From Callorhinchus milii (taxonomy: Eukaryota), in the NCBI RefSeq assembly GCF_018977255.1, contig NW_024704743.1, positions 102,922,001 to 102,986,000 on the forward strand: 64,000 nucleotides of DNA. The letters run 5' to 3'. Shown here one piece after another: positions 39,184 through 52,785 of this stretch (position 1 is its first letter; the number at the start of each line of letters is the position of its first letter). The position numbers and the translations under genes are program-made. The notes below the pieces were generated by a model. It did no database searches. It was not told where the DNA came from and saw nothing but the letters and a program-made list of their open reading frames with translations.

Positions 39184-39538
39184 ATAATAATCCAAGCATT
39201 TGATAGAGTGCGTTATCAAGTCAAAGATGTCAAAGCGCTTCACAGAATATACTGTAAAGTGAATTGACTATTTATTTTGTGAGCAAAATGCAACAGACAA
39301 TTACGCACAGCAGTGTCCCACAAGCAGTCATGGATTGATTGACCACTTTTTTGAAGGAATTATTACCCCCGGAAAAGCGATCCGAGAATTGACTAACAAC
39401 CGGGTTCCTACTTACTGCTAGGCAAACAGAGGCATGTGGAGTAAGGAAACTTGTCCAACGTTTCGCCCTGCTGGGAATCGAACCCAGGTCGCTTGCTTGC
39501 GAGGCGAGTGCTCGCACAGAACTGAGCTACAGAACTCC
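39184..39538 (-). mobile_element. tRNA-derived SINE, long subfamily
   Basis: Tail at left, internal aagcgatccg/ggttcctactt segment, head gagctacagaactcc at right. Confidence 0.88.
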
Positions 39539-42480
39539 ACACAGCACTTAGCACAATTCACTTTCCACTCTACGTTGCATCAATTGGGCTAATAAAAAAA
39601 TACCTTGCCATCCGCACCAATCACTAATATTTTTTTTTACGTGTAGTGCGTGTTTATATGTAGGCAATTGCAGCAGGTAATTTGAAGTCAGCAAATGTCC
39701 CACAAATAGCCATGAAATAAATGCCCAATATTTTTTTTGGGGGGGATGGGGATTATTGGCCAGGGGGATTGTTTTAACATGATCTAGCATCTCCCTACCT
39801 GTCTGATCTGCTTGTAACGCATTCCTCTGCCTTTCCCCTTTGCTCAGTTGAGATACCCCTGCTGCTGTTTCCCAACCCCTCTGCATCACCATCGTTGGCT
39901 GTGCCTTCTGCCACTAATCCCCTAACCTCTAAAACTCTCTACCTGAATCTGTCCGCCTTGACCCCTCTTTCTCTGTCTTTAAAGTGTAGTGACAATGTAA
40001 TTTCTAGGTGAATTAATGAATTACATTAAATTCATTAAATTGCAATTACTTACTTCATGGCTGGTGGTAGGATTCAGGAGTGTGCAGATGGATACAAAAT
40101 CCAGACACTAGACTTTACAGTATATCTTGGGAAGCACTGTAAGACATTCTCCTGACATGAAAGGCACTCCATAAAATGCAAAAATTATTGATAAATAAAT
40201 TAAAATCATATCTGAATTAACTCAATTCCTAAACCAGCAATTGACATTTTAATGCAAAGAAAATGGCCTTCCCACCCTTTTCCCTTGATTGTGTTTTTCT
40301 GTCACAATCAGTCTATCTCCTAGCATCCCAAAGTTTTTTTTTATCATCCTTAATTCCCTAAGCATGTGTCACAAGAGTAATTTAAGGATCAATCCATTGC
40401 CACTCACTGATTACATTTGACAGGAAAGTGTCCTCTGTGGACAGCTCCTTTCTGATAGGAAAATCCTAGATTAGACTGGAAATGTGAGGCCACATTTTAC
40501 TGCCACATGATTCAAAGGAAATTAACATGGTTCCATGTGCTTTCTGTACACTACTCTTAATCTGAAAGGTTTGAAATGAATATCTAACTTGAATTTGAAA
40601 TCCCCATGCAATGTTGCACATAGGCTAATTTGATTTATTTTAAGGGAAACACGGCAATTTCTCTAATTTCTGGAAATTTACATATTCCTGTGAACTACAA
40701 ATGTTATTCTGGCTAACTATCATGGAAAGCACTCTAGGATGCCTACCCTACGTGAGGGGCGCAATATAAATGCATGTTGTTATTGTTGTTGTTGAAAACT
40801 TACTTCTTGCATTATCTTTTGGTGTTGAGACTGCTGTAAAAGACTTTACAATTTGACAGTAGAAACTGCTCAATAAATGGGTGCACTTTAAATGTTTTAT
40901 TATAAGATCATCCAACCACAAGCTCATGTGCAAACCGTTGACTGTCCAGTGTCTTGGGAAGTCTTCCCAATGTGAAAGCTCCTATCCAAATACAATTTGT
41001 TGCTGTTGTTTATTCTGAAACTGAAGAGAGTTTCTCCCAGTGTCCTAGTCAACAGTTCTCCAGATAAATGGATTATTCACCTTATGACTGTTTTGGGTAC
41101 TTTGATGTGTGCAAAATAGCTACATGCTTCCCAACAAACACAACCACTGCACTGGATGATAAATATTTATGAACTGCTATGAAAAGTTTTAAAATGATCC
41201 TAAAGTTCTTCTTTCAATTTCACAGAATTGTACCAAATGGAACTAGACTCCTCCAAAGTATTCTGAAACTCAGTGAAAACACTTCAGTATTATTATATAT
41301 ACCCTCAAAAGACAAACACTATGCAATCAGCCTTTTGTCAAGCATCAAGAAACAGTGCTACAGTGAAAATTACCCTGCCTATGTGTGAAATTCTTCAAGG
41401 GTAAAACTCCCAATTTTTCTTCATGGTTATGATCAGGAGAACATGGATTACAACAGAACCTCTTAATGCTGACAAATTATAGCGTTCCATTCTTCCTGGG
41501 AGAAACATTTGAGCTCCAGCTGCTTCAGCAAATCTTACACATCCTGTTTTAGCAATGTTATCCATTTACTTCATGTGGGATTGACTGCAGTGTACCTCTG
41601 TTTGTTTCATTTGACTGAACAAATGTCAGTGTGGGAAACTCTAGTCTCATCAATGGTTGGTATAAGTAACAAGCCAGTTCCCAATTCACATACGTAACAT
41701 AGGTATAGGCAAATCAAATACACACAGTGGAACCCAATTATAGCATGCTTCTTTACAAATATGGGTTCATTAATCATTTTATCATGATTAAGGGGTGAAC
41801 CCTGACACTTACCTAACCAAACCGAAAAATCTAAGATGTATGGAACATCGATTGGCTAATCAAAAACCAGCAAGCTTTTTATACCCTAAAAAAAACTGCA
41901 GCTGTCACCTCATCTCATACCTGCTGGGTACTCACAGGGGCCAGGAAGTGACATTGGCAGCAACTTCATCACCCAGACGTCAGCAAGTTTTATTGCAGGA
42001 AGCAGGCTGCTTTTCTGCAGACACGCAATGTGAATGCAGAAGCATCCAACCTTTAGGTTCAGATCAAGTGTAGTATCTGTTGTTATAAGTTACACTTTGG
42101 GCTGTGTGCCTGCCATTACCCTCCCTTTGAGGACTGGATGTGTAGGGATACCTTCCCATGATTCATTCGTGCCGGGGGTGCCACTGTCAGGATAACTATG
42201 TTTCGGCCTTCTGTTGGCTGGGATCAGTAGATCAGAGACCGATATGCCCTTTCAAAGAAAAGCAGAGAAACTGGAAATGCGACATCCAGTCAGGACGGAG
42301 AGGAGATCCAGTCACTGGATTTGCTCAGAGGGTTGTAAGTTGGAATCGGGTCCAGGTCATTTGGATTTGAACACAACATTGCTCACAACACAAAATAAAT
42401 GAATGCAGAAGTACTGACTGGTTTTGTACACAGATTTTCCTTCAGTCAAAACATTTTCCATCACAACAGCTTTCTATTAC

Positions 42481-42907
42481 AATAATAATCCTTACAGTTG
42501 ATATGGAGCCTTATTTCATCGTCAACTTACCTCAATGCGCTTCACAGGGTATTCTGTAAAGTGGATTGACTGTATTTTTTGGCAAAATATGGCACATATT
42601 GGCACATAGTTGGCACATGGCATTGTCCTACAAACACTGAGTGACCTATTTTATTTTGGAAATTTGTTGGCCAGGACACACAGATAACCTCCTTTCTCTT
42701 TTTAATTAGTGCAATGCCTTCTTTAACACCCACCTGATCAGTCAGATAGGACCAAGGTTTAATGTCTGATTCAAAGGTTGACACATCCATCAATGCAATG
42801 CATCCCCAGGACTGCACTGGTGTGTGATTCCAAGTTCTGAGATGGAGCTTCAACTCACAACCTTCTGAATCAGTGACGAAAGTGCTACCACTGAGCCAGG
42901 CTGACAC
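42481..42907 (-). mobile_element. DeuSINE-like SINE, near full length
   Basis: Head acaaccttctgaatcag...gtgctaccactgagccaggctgacac; core ggtttaatgtctgattc; tail at left. Confidence 0.8.
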
Positions 42908-43173
42908 TGTTTTCCAGCCGTTATGTCATTCAAAGCATCATTTCAACCTCTTTGTCTCTGAGTAATCATGCACTCTGGATGGCAACATGAGGTTTGAAAA
43001 TTTGCACTACCTTTTCAAAGATTGGATACAATAAATATCATGAAGGCTCACTATATCATCCAAAGGTTACAAGAGAAATGAATTGACAGGATCAGACAAA
43101 TTATCCGGAGCTTCCTCAGTAACTGTGTTTAAGAGTTAAAATAGTCTTGGGAATGTTACCGCTTTCCTTGATA

Positions 43174-43557
43174 AATAATAATAATAATTATCCTTGCATT
43201 TGATACAGCACATTATCATGTCTTTGAGACATCTCAAAGCGCATCACAGTGTATACTGTAAAGTGAAAATAAAGTGAATATTTTGTGGGCAAAACGTGGC
43301 AGTCAATTGAGCATAGCAGTGTTCCACAAACAGTCGTGGATTGAGTGACCAGATAATTTTTTGTTTATTTTGAAGGAATTACTAACCTCAAAAAAAACGA
43401 TCTGCCAATCAACTAACACCCAGGTTCCTACTCAATGCAAGGTAAACAGAGGCGAGTGGAATATGGAATATTGCCCAATGTTTCTCCCTGCCTGAAATCA
43501 AACCCAGGTCTTCTCACTTGTGAGGCGAGTATTCTAACCATTGAACTCCAGGACTCC
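43174..43557 (-). mobile_element. tRNA-derived SINE, long subfamily
   Basis: Same architecture as the 39184 copy, ending caggactcc. Confidence 0.88.
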
Positions 43558-43886
43558 AAGATAATCTAATAAACTCACAATGCCTGGATAAAGTTTACTT
43601 TCTGCATATCACAACACAGCTAAATTAGTAAAATAACATCTTAAAAGATGACAGTGACCACCTGGAAGGCATCCAGGCTTGAATGCATGTCTGTGGTTTG
43701 TAACATTTATAATTCAAAATATGTGTATCCACATTGCGATGTGTATCACATGTACAGATTAGGCAGAGTCATTTGACAGAGTACATTGATGTTGAGTAAT
43801 GCTTGGATTACAAAAATGAAAGCATTTGACATTACTCATTTTATTGACGTGCAAAGCCACAGATGTCGTTTTGGAATTTTACTTAC

Positions 43887-44008
43887 CTTATTACGGCTTG
43901 TTGCTGTAATTATCCAAACGCATTGAGCATTGCTGTCGTATTGAAAGGGGAAGTTGGGAGACACAAAGCTACCAGTTGGACCTTGGAGATTAATCCCACA
44001 GGTTTTTA
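43887..44008 (-). CDS. CSMD3: CSMD3 coding exon, 122 bp, first part of a CUB domain: (V)KTCGINLQGPTGSFVSPNFPFQYDSNAQCVWIITATSRNK
   Basis: Manual translation of the minus strand. Acceptor ttttctcttacag and donor gtaagt; phase 1 start, phase 0 end. Peptide matches the recalled CSMD3 segment VKTCGSNLQGPSGTFTSPNFPFQYDSNAQCVWVITAVNTNK. Confidence 0.93.
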
Positions 44009-44489
44009 CTGTAAGAGAAAAACAACAACCTTAAGTACGGCACTGACAGCAGAAGGAACAATAACCACCAATAAAAATAGTAATTTCTATCAAGAGAAGT
44101 TTGATTTTTATTTATTTGTGTCAGATTTTGCAGAGTTAACAGAAACGTAACATGACCTCAATTTCCACCTGTGAGTTCAGTACGTAGATTGTTCTTTTAC
44201 CATCATGACACCATAACACCGAATACTTTGGGATGTCTCGAAGACATGATAAGGAGTTATATCAAATGCAAGAATTATTATTACTATGTCTTCAGTTGAT
44301 TCATTAAAAAAAATGCAAGTCACAGCAATCAAACTGAAATCAAAGGCCCCAAATTATTCAAGATTTTAAAAGATTGTGCAGAATTTTGTAGAATTCTTAT
44401 ATTTGGAAACTAGTTCTTCCCAGGGTTTTTTAAGAACTCTTCCGAATCAAGACTAAATTTCAGAATTTTTGAAAACAAATTCTGATCAT

Positions 44490-44766
44490 TAATAATAATC
44501 ATAATTCTTGAATTTGATATGCAGTTTTTCACATCACGAGGATGTCTCAAAGTGCTTCACAGAATTTAATGTAAAGTATAGTAACTGAGTATTTTACAGG
44601 TGAACGCAGCAGCTCACAAAAGTCCGACAAATACCCATGAAATGATACATATTTTTTACCTGATGGATTGTTGGTTAAGACACTGGGAAAACTCCCTTCT
44701 CTTTTTGAGTTGTATGGTGGGATCATTAACAGACACCTGATCAGAAAGGCAGCACCTCGGTTTAAT
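44490..44766 (-). mobile_element. DeuSINE-like SINE 3' part, broken at cctcggtttaa by a CR1 fragment
   Basis: Tail and body match the other copies; abrupt switch to CR1 RT sequence. Confidence 0.7.
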
Positions 44767-44975
44767 GGAAGTATCTTGCAATGGATACATAATTGGCTGA
44801 CTGATAGAATCCAGAAGGTGGTGGTACAGGGAATGTCATCAGGCTGGGAGAATGTTACCAGTGGAATTCCACAGGGATCTGTTTTTGGACGTCTTTTACT
44901 TAATAATTTCATAAATGATTTGGAGCAAGGAGTCACAAGCACAGTGGCTGAATTTACTGATAACACAAAACTAAT
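44767..44975 (+). mobile_element. CR1 RT core fragment
   Basis: WIHNWLTDRIQKVV...VTSGIPQGSV...FTDNTKL. Confidence 0.88.
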
Positions 44976-46245
44976 GAAGGTGGTTTTGGTGGCCTGTGGT
45001 GTGAGACAGTGGCGGAGCAGGGCGATTTTGCAGAGGTGGGGGAAGACAGAGCGGGTCTGGCATGCATGTGGGGTAGACAGGACAGTTGAGCTTGAAACAA
45101 GATGCCAAGGTTTCGGACTGGCTTGGTAAGATAGAATTGCATCCATGAATGATGATGCTATCAGCGCCTGAGGTGCGGAGGCGCTGATGGGAGCCAATCA
45201 AGAGTTTTGATGATGTTCAACTGAAGATTGTTAGCTCTCATCCAGGACTTGATAACTGACAGACAATCTGTCAGGACAGCAGAGGTTCTGCAGTCAAGGG
45301 TGGAAGCAGACAGGTACAGTTGGATGTCATCCGCATACATTTGGAGTTGATCCCATGTCTGCGGATGATGCCACCAAGAGGGAGCATATGGATACTGAAG
45401 AGGAGGGGACCAAGGACAGAGCCCTGAGGAATGCTGCACGAGATGATGTGGGGGCTAGAGGCGAAACCATTTGTGGTGGTGAAATGGAGACGGTGTGAGA
45501 GTTATGATCTGAATCATTCAAGGACAGAACCGTGAAGGTTGAGGTGAGAGGAGAGGCAGTGGATGAGGGTAGAGTGGTCAACAGTTTTGAAGGCAGCAGA
45601 AAGGTCAAGGAGGAGGTAGAGGGAGTCCTGGTCGCATATGGACAGAACGTCATTTGTCACTTTGACAAATGGCTGTTTCTGCGCAGTGGGTGGCAGAGAA
45701 ACCTAATTCGAGGGGTTTGTGAAGGGAGTGGCGGGAGAGGAAGGAAGCTGGGAAGCAATGACTCGTTCCAGGATCTTGGAGAGGAAAGGGAGGTTGGAGA
45801 TGGAGTGGTAGTTTGAGAGCAGGAATGGGTCCGGGGGGGGGGGGGGGGGGTTTAAGGATAGGAGTGATAAGGGACATTTTTAAAGGGGTGGGAATGGTAC
45901 CAGTGGGCAGGGAGAGGTTTATGATGTCTGTGAGTAGAGGGGCAAGGAGGTGGAGCTGGGAGGCAAGGAGAGGCGTAGAGATGGGTTTGAAAGAGCAGGT
46001 AGTCGGTTTCTTGCAGGTTACAGTGGTGGTCAGGGAGGAGTGGGAGACAGATTCAAAGATGTGGAGGAAGGGATGGTTAGGGGCCGGGGTATGACTAGGA
46101 GATGGGAGGGGGTGGCGGATGGAAGGGCAGAGGCAGCTGAGCAGATCCCTTTGACTTCGGTTTTGAGGAAGTTCAGCATCGCCTCGCAGTTGACTTTGGA
46201 GGTGAGGATGAGACATGAGAGGGTGGGCGGAGGAGCCAGTTGGTG
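44976..46245 (-). mobile_element. L2 ORF2 internal fragment (RT domain)
   Basis: LAPLLTDIINLSL..G, ITPILK, MYADDIQLY and VRNLGILF motifs across frames. Confidence 0.92.
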
Positions 46246-46246
46246 A

Positions 46247-46700
46247 TGGACTATGGACTATGAGGAGTGATTAGATAAACTGGGCATGTTAACGCTGGAG
46301 AAGAGAAGGTTGATGGGCGATATGATTATGGTCTTTAAGATTCTGAAGGGACTAGATAATGTAGACCATGATAAGCTATTTTATCTTCTACTGAACAGTC
46401 CAACCAGAGGATATGCCTGCGATTGAAGAGGGGTAAATTCACAACTAATCTGTGGAAACACTACTTCAGTGAGTGAGTAGTAAATTTATGGAACAGACTC
46501 CCCAGGGAGATGATGGAAGCAGAAAGTGTTGTTTGTTTTAAGAACAAATTAGATAGACTTCTGCTTGAAGATAATATCTCAGGATACAGTATATAGTTTG
46601 GGACATGACATGTCAAGCGATTGCCAGGATGGTGGAAAGTGAAGTAGCTCGAACTTGGTCTTCTTTTACTGAGCAAATTCTTATGCTCTTCATGTTTCAT
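46247..46700 (+). mobile_element. CR1 3' end (same family as 52150-52785)
   Basis: ORF2 terminal motifs plus 3' UTR agtttgggacatg...gaacttggtcttcttt shared with 52690-52760. Confidence 0.85.
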
Positions 46701-48324
46701 CCAAAGGATTAAATTATACAACAGTTGGTTTAAGGCGAAAAGCATGCAGGATTTTGGGAGACAGGAATGAGTCAGACCAGCAAAGAGTCTATCTATAGAT
46801 GGTTCAACTTTGATGATTTTTGATTTGCCAATATTACAATAGAACATTTGACCACATTTATGCTCAACAAGCACTGTGGATTTTGTTGTTCATCCCATGG
46901 GAAATCAATGTGTGCATTTTAGCGTGATGGTCATATATTTCTGCTTTTCAGACAACTTCACAAATAAAACAAAACTCTCACCTCGTGAGCACACAAACTT
47001 TCTATATTTTTTACTGTTTGGTCTAAAACGTTATCTAACCAAAATTTAAACAACAAAGCTATGTTCAAAGTGCCAGTGTCAGTCTAAATCCTAACATGCA
47101 CAATATAGGTCAATCCTTCCTCCCACTGGCATTCAGGGGCAACCTTCTGTGCACAGTGTCACACGATGGGAGATATTCCATCTCCCACTATTGATGTAGC
47201 CTTTCAGATTGTGCAAATGATTGAAATAAATCTCAACTTTGAGTCCACTTTTCTGTAGTTCTTAAAAGAAATTTGCAGAAAAATAGTTTCAAGATTGAGA
47301 CTGTATTCAAAGAGTTTACCAAATTCTGCTCACTTTTTCATGCTAAGTCAATAGAGTAAATTGAGATCCGGGTGGAATTTTACCCCTTACATTGTTACAC
47401 CATTGAGAGCCATGTGCCTACAAATTACACAGTCACTGCAATATCCTGTGACGTCCTGCAGTCATGAAAGATACTGTATCAAATGCATGGATTGTTATTT
47501 ATAGTTTTATTTCTCTTTCCCACCACCCAACTACAGCGTAATTGGTGACATGGACAATGTTAGTTTCAAACGAATATCCTAAATGTACCTAATCGAAGAT
47601 GCCAGATAAGAAATCTCTTACCCAGTCTAGGTTTTATTTCACCTGTGCTCACCTATAAAGTACCTGGATTAATTATTCTTTCAAACTTTTCTCTAAAAGT
47701 AAGCTTGCCATTTCCTATAAATTTAAATTTGTAGTTGTTCGTATGATGTATTTTTCCCCCTCTCACGGCAACAAAGTGCTGCTTTTGAAACCTGGGTTTA
47801 TTATGTACTAATAAATAATAATAATAATCCTTGCATTTGCCTTATCATGTCATTGAGAAGTCTCAAAGCGTTTCACAGAAGATACTGTAAAGTGAATCAA
47901 CTGTATATTTTGTGGGCGAAAATAAAGTGCAATCTCAAAACCAATGTTTTCATGATTTATCATTATGTTTCTACCACTGAGCAGATTAGTGAGCATATTA
48001 ATGTTATTTGTACTACCACACAAACTTCACTGAAAAGTGTGCTCACACACACCATCAGCAAATGCAGTCAAGATATTGCTGGTCAAAAATTCCACACAGT
48101 CTGAACCTGTTCAGAACTTTTTGCCTTAAATTTAAGACTGCACAGAAATGTGGAAAATTCTTCAGCTTCAGTCTCTATTTTTTTTAATAATCAGCTTTCA
48201 ATTTAAAACTGCATTTAAGAATTTTCCACAATTCTGTATTTTGTTCAGTGAACTATAGAAGCAGAAAGAACAGGATCCTTCAACATATTATACGAGATAC
48301 AGCACAGAAGGAGGTTACAACTGT

Positions 48325-48692
48325 GTTAGCTCATTATATGCAACAATATGCTTGCCTCTGAGTCAGAAGGTGTGAGGTTGAGCTCCACATTGGGAATATT
48401 ACTCAAAGTTGAGGGTGATGAGACCCCATCTGTCCGTTCAGATGAACATTAAAAATCCCATGGCACTATTCAATGCGAAAGTGAGATTCTCTCCATGTCC
48501 AGGGCACCAGACCCCCAGATAAAATTGGACATTCATTTCATGGCTGTTTGAAGGACATTTCTGCGAGCAAATTGCCTGTCATGATCGCCCACAAATACAG
48601 TCACTACACTTTACATGAAATCTTGTCAAGCGCCTTGCAAAATCCTTCTGACATGAAAGTTGCTAAACAAAATCCAAGGATTATTGTTATTA
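48325..48692 (+). mobile_element. DeuSINE-like SINE with internal deletion
   Basis: cttgcctctgagtcagaagg head, aaatcccatggcactatt core, tail. Confidence 0.75.
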
Positions 48693-51000
48693 TGTGAAAA
48701 GATGTGGATTACTACTTTATCGTTGAACATATAGCTGCCCAAATCCTCCATTGGTATTCCCTTTGCAATTTATGCATCACCACCTCTAAAGCATAAACTT
48801 CCTTCACAGAAAAAAGAAGGCATTGAAGCCCTTTGAGACATTCAGACATGATAAGACATTATCTCAAAAGCAAGGACTATAAATATTATTGTTCTTTCTC
48901 CTTATGCTCCCTTCATCCCAGTCCTGGCAACTCATTATACCATTATACCAGATCCTCAAAATTAAGGCTCCATTGAAGCATATGTCAAATTCCAGATTGA
49001 AAATTGCTACCCAAAGGGGGAATTTTCCCCAGTAGTTTGGAATTGTTTGATTCTTCATGACCATCTCCACTATGGGACGAGCAAGCTGACCGACAAAATT
49101 GATGCCAACAATTCAATGCTTTGTGTTACTGACCTATTCATATCATGCAGGTTTGAGTTTGGAAAAATTACAGAGCTGGTTCTCAACAGATTCCTTAAGG
49201 CTGTTGAGATATTTTATGTTTGATATTATAATGGTCTGCTGTTGCCACTGACTGAGGTCAGAGAGGAATGTGGGGAAAGTGTCACTCAGGGAATCGCTGC
49301 TAAAGCTTACCATCAATATCAAATCGAAACAAAAACTGTTGCTGTAAAAGACTTCAAAAATAAGGTGAGAGATTATCCAGCAGTCTCTGCTGCCTGGTTG
49401 GTCACCTCTATCTCAGCTCACAGTTAGCTCCAATCTGATGCTCTTGGTCTCTTCCAATTAGGATTGATATCAGTCAATGTTATCTCACAGAGAGAAAAAA
49501 AGCAACTTGAAGGTGGACACTTCTGCTTTTTGAAACAATAAGAACCTTCATGGACTACTTAAAATGGAAACGGTAGGAAACCAACTCAAATTAGATTGCA
49601 ACATTGAGGTCCAAAAGAAGGAAATTCCACCTCTGTGTAGTCATTTGGCTTTGTGTAGTAAATGCTTAAACTCAGCTTTAATGATGATGTCTTTCAAGTT
49701 CTTTCAAGAAATAAACAAAAGCAAGTTCAAAGTTATGATTGAATCAACAATTTGCCAAACTGTATATGCTCTGAAATGTTAAATATACCCTGTATAGCAA
49801 ATTTTGACCCATAATTCTCAGGTCGAATTTTGCATTCAAATACAGTCACTTCATTTGACAGTAAAATCATGTGAAGCATTTGGGACGTGATAATCCACCT
49901 TATCACGTCTCAAATGCTTCACAGGATCTTACTGCAAGTATTATTTACTATAATTTCTCACCGTAGATTCTAGAATTAAGGAATCTGGAAATATATCACA
50001 GAAATCTGGAAATATAAGTCCCTCCAACATAATTCATTTTCAAACCGGTTTTCTTTCAAGTCAAAGTGGCAGACATGTCCTTCCTACTGGATTGCTTTAT
50101 TTGAAATCACCATGTTTTACAACTCATTATGTAACCCAAGGGGTATTAAAGATACATTCAAAAAAAGAAGCATGAGCACATCCACGCCCCTTTACTCCTT
50201 GCCTTCAGAACCCGCCTCCAAGCCTTCTTTTTACTGTGCATTTGGACACTTTTTGCCCAGCCTACACCCTCCCCCTTAACTACAATTAGCTCAGGCTCCC
50301 AGTCATTTGTGTGAAGTACGTTGAGATGTTACATAAATGCAATTGCTGTTTTCGACATTCAGATAAGAGAAGTGGAGCAAGAGATCTGAATGACCACCGC
50401 AAAAGCATGTTGCAAAGTGGTCTACTCTTTCTGGTGGATTGCAATGAAATATGATTAATTCCTAAATCCTTTTGCCTGTTTACTTCATTTTCTAATATAA
50501 TATAAATCTTTGTACATATATTATGAATAGAGACTTCAAAAACATGGTTTGGAAAAGGCTATGGGAGGCACCTGATTTAAAATTTAAAAAATTGTGACAA
50601 TGTGCTGATTTACAGTAATATAATAAGATAGTTGCATGACGTGTCAATATTGAAATGTTTTAATCCCAAAAGGTTTGAAGGAAAAAAATAGTTGAACAAA
50701 TTCTGGTCCTGAGATTCTTCCTTTAAGAGTCTGCATCACACTGACTTTGGCTGGTTGAATCCAGATGTTAATAGACTTGAATCTTGTAGACCAAAACTGA
50801 ATTCAAAATTGACATCAGAGTTGATTACAATCAAGCCTCTTTTTTATTATATTCCAACGCACTCTTTGAAATGAAACAAATATCAGTTAAATTAACCTTT
50901 GAAAATGTAGCTCCTAACCATTTTCAGAAAAAAAAATCTGTGCATTTGAAATCTGGAAATGTTAAATTTTCATCATGTACTGTGAAATATTCCTATATCT

Positions 51001-51356
51001 ATAATAATAATCCTAGCATTTGATATAGCACCTTATCACATCTTCTAGAGTCTCAAAGCGCTTCATAGAATATACTGTAAAGTGAATTGACTGTTTATCT
51101 TTTTGGCGAAACGTGGCAGCCAATTGCACATGGTAGTGTGCCACAAACAATCATGGAATGAGTGGATTTTTTAAAGGGATTATTACCCCCAGAAAAGCAA
51201 ACCGCCAATTGACTAACAACCAGGTTCCTATATGCTGCTAGGTAAACAGAGGCGTGTGGAGTAAGGAAACTTGGCCAACATCTCGCTCTGTCTAGGAATC
51301 AAACCCAGGTTTCCTGCTTGCGAGGCGAGTGCTCTAAACACTAAGCACAGGACTCC
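51001..51356 (-). mobile_element. tRNA-derived SINE, long subfamily
   Basis: Same architecture as the 39184 copy. Confidence 0.88.
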
Positions 51357-51744
51357 AATGTATAGCTTTAACTATTGTTTTTAAAGAGGCACCTGCTAAA
51401 CAAAAAAACAAAATGACCTCATACCCCACACAGACTTCCCACATTTATTTCTTGTAAAGTATTAGTTGTAAATACCAGGTTACAATATCGGGACTCCAAT
51501 TTTGCCATTTTGACCTCACAAATAGATAACTCATCCCATGGCTATTCATGTGCACAAATTAGATACTGCTATTACCTACAAAATGCACAGTCACTCCACT
51601 TTATATCCAGTAAAGTGCTTTGAGATGTTCTCCCGATGTGAAAGGTGCTATAATGTAACAATTTTGATATTATTATTGTAATTATTATGTATTCATGCCT
51701 CATATGCTGAAGACAGAAATAACACTGTCTAAAAGTAATATTGT

Positions 51745-52072
51745 GTTTGAAATTAAGAAAGAATTTGATAAGGTGGGCATTAACCGGCTCCTTCCACTTA
51801 TCAGTGAGTGCAAAACAAGGGGATATAAATACAAGATAGCCAGTAGCAGATGTAGAAAGTATTTCTTTTCACAGAGAGTGTGGAACTCATTGCTGGAAAT
51901 TGTGGTTGAAGCAAAAAATAGGAATGTATTTGAGAGGAAACTTGATGCTTACATGATGGAGAAGTTAATAGAGGGGAATAGGATGGCTGGAGGCTCACGT
52001 GGTGTATAAACACCAGCATGGACAAGTTGAGCTGAATGGCCTGTTTCCATGGTGCAACTTTCTATGGAATTC
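51745..52072 (+). mobile_element. CR1 3' end, old
   Basis: TRGYKYKI...FFSQRVWNSL...FERKLDAYM followed by the typical 3' UTR gctgaatggcctgttt. Confidence 0.8.
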
Positions 52073-52149
52073 TAACTTTAGAAATTTCATTATGGTGGAA
52101 ATAGAGGTTCAAAACCACCCATCAGTACGACAGAAGGGTAAATAGCACC

Positions 52150-52785
52150 TCATCTCACAGTTGGATATATCAAAAGATCAATAGCAAGACAAAATAGTGG
52201 GGTAATCCTGCCACGGTATAAATCAATGGTGAGACCATACTTAGAGTACTGTGTACAGTTCTGGTCGCCGCAGTACAAAAAGGATATTGGAGAAATCAAG
52301 AAGATACAGAGAAGGGAAAACAAAATAATTGAGGAAATGGAAGGACTGAACTATGAGAAGCAACTAAGTAAATTGGGCATGTTCATGCCAGAAAAAATAT
52401 TGAGAGGCGACATGATTGCTGTCTTTAAGATTCTAAAGGGGCATGACAATATAGATCATGACAGGCTGATTCAACTTGTCCAGAATAGTAAAACCAGAGC
52501 ACACGGCCTGCGATTGAAGGGGGGAAAATTCAGAACAAATTTACACAAACACTATTTTAGTGAGCGAATAGTGAACCTGTGGAATAGGCTCCCTAGGGAG
52601 ACGCTTGAAGCAAGAAGTGTTGATTCTTTCAAACACAGATTAGATAGTTTTCTTTTAGGAAATAACCTTATGGGATATAGTACATAGGTAGTTTGGGACA
52701 TGTGTGCATGGAACCGCCAGGAAGGTGGAAGTCGAACTAGATGAACCTTGGTCTTTTTTTGTCTAGCATTTCTTTTGTTCTAATG
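52150..52785 (+). mobile_element. CR1 LINE 3' fragment
   Basis: ORF 52226..52687: VRPYLEYCVQFWSP...LRGDMIAVFKIL...WNRLP. Confidence 0.93.

Noticed and set aside
41780..42470. Possible solo LTR (also 9004-9248 and 56680-57300)
   Set aside because: Only compositional hints and AATAAA; no clear TG...CA ends with TSD and no second copy.
44547..45197. 216-aa ORF (longest in the track) and the overlapping 153-aa ORF
   Set aside because: They span SINE/CR1/L2 junctions and are antisense or chimeric read-through of repeat fragments.
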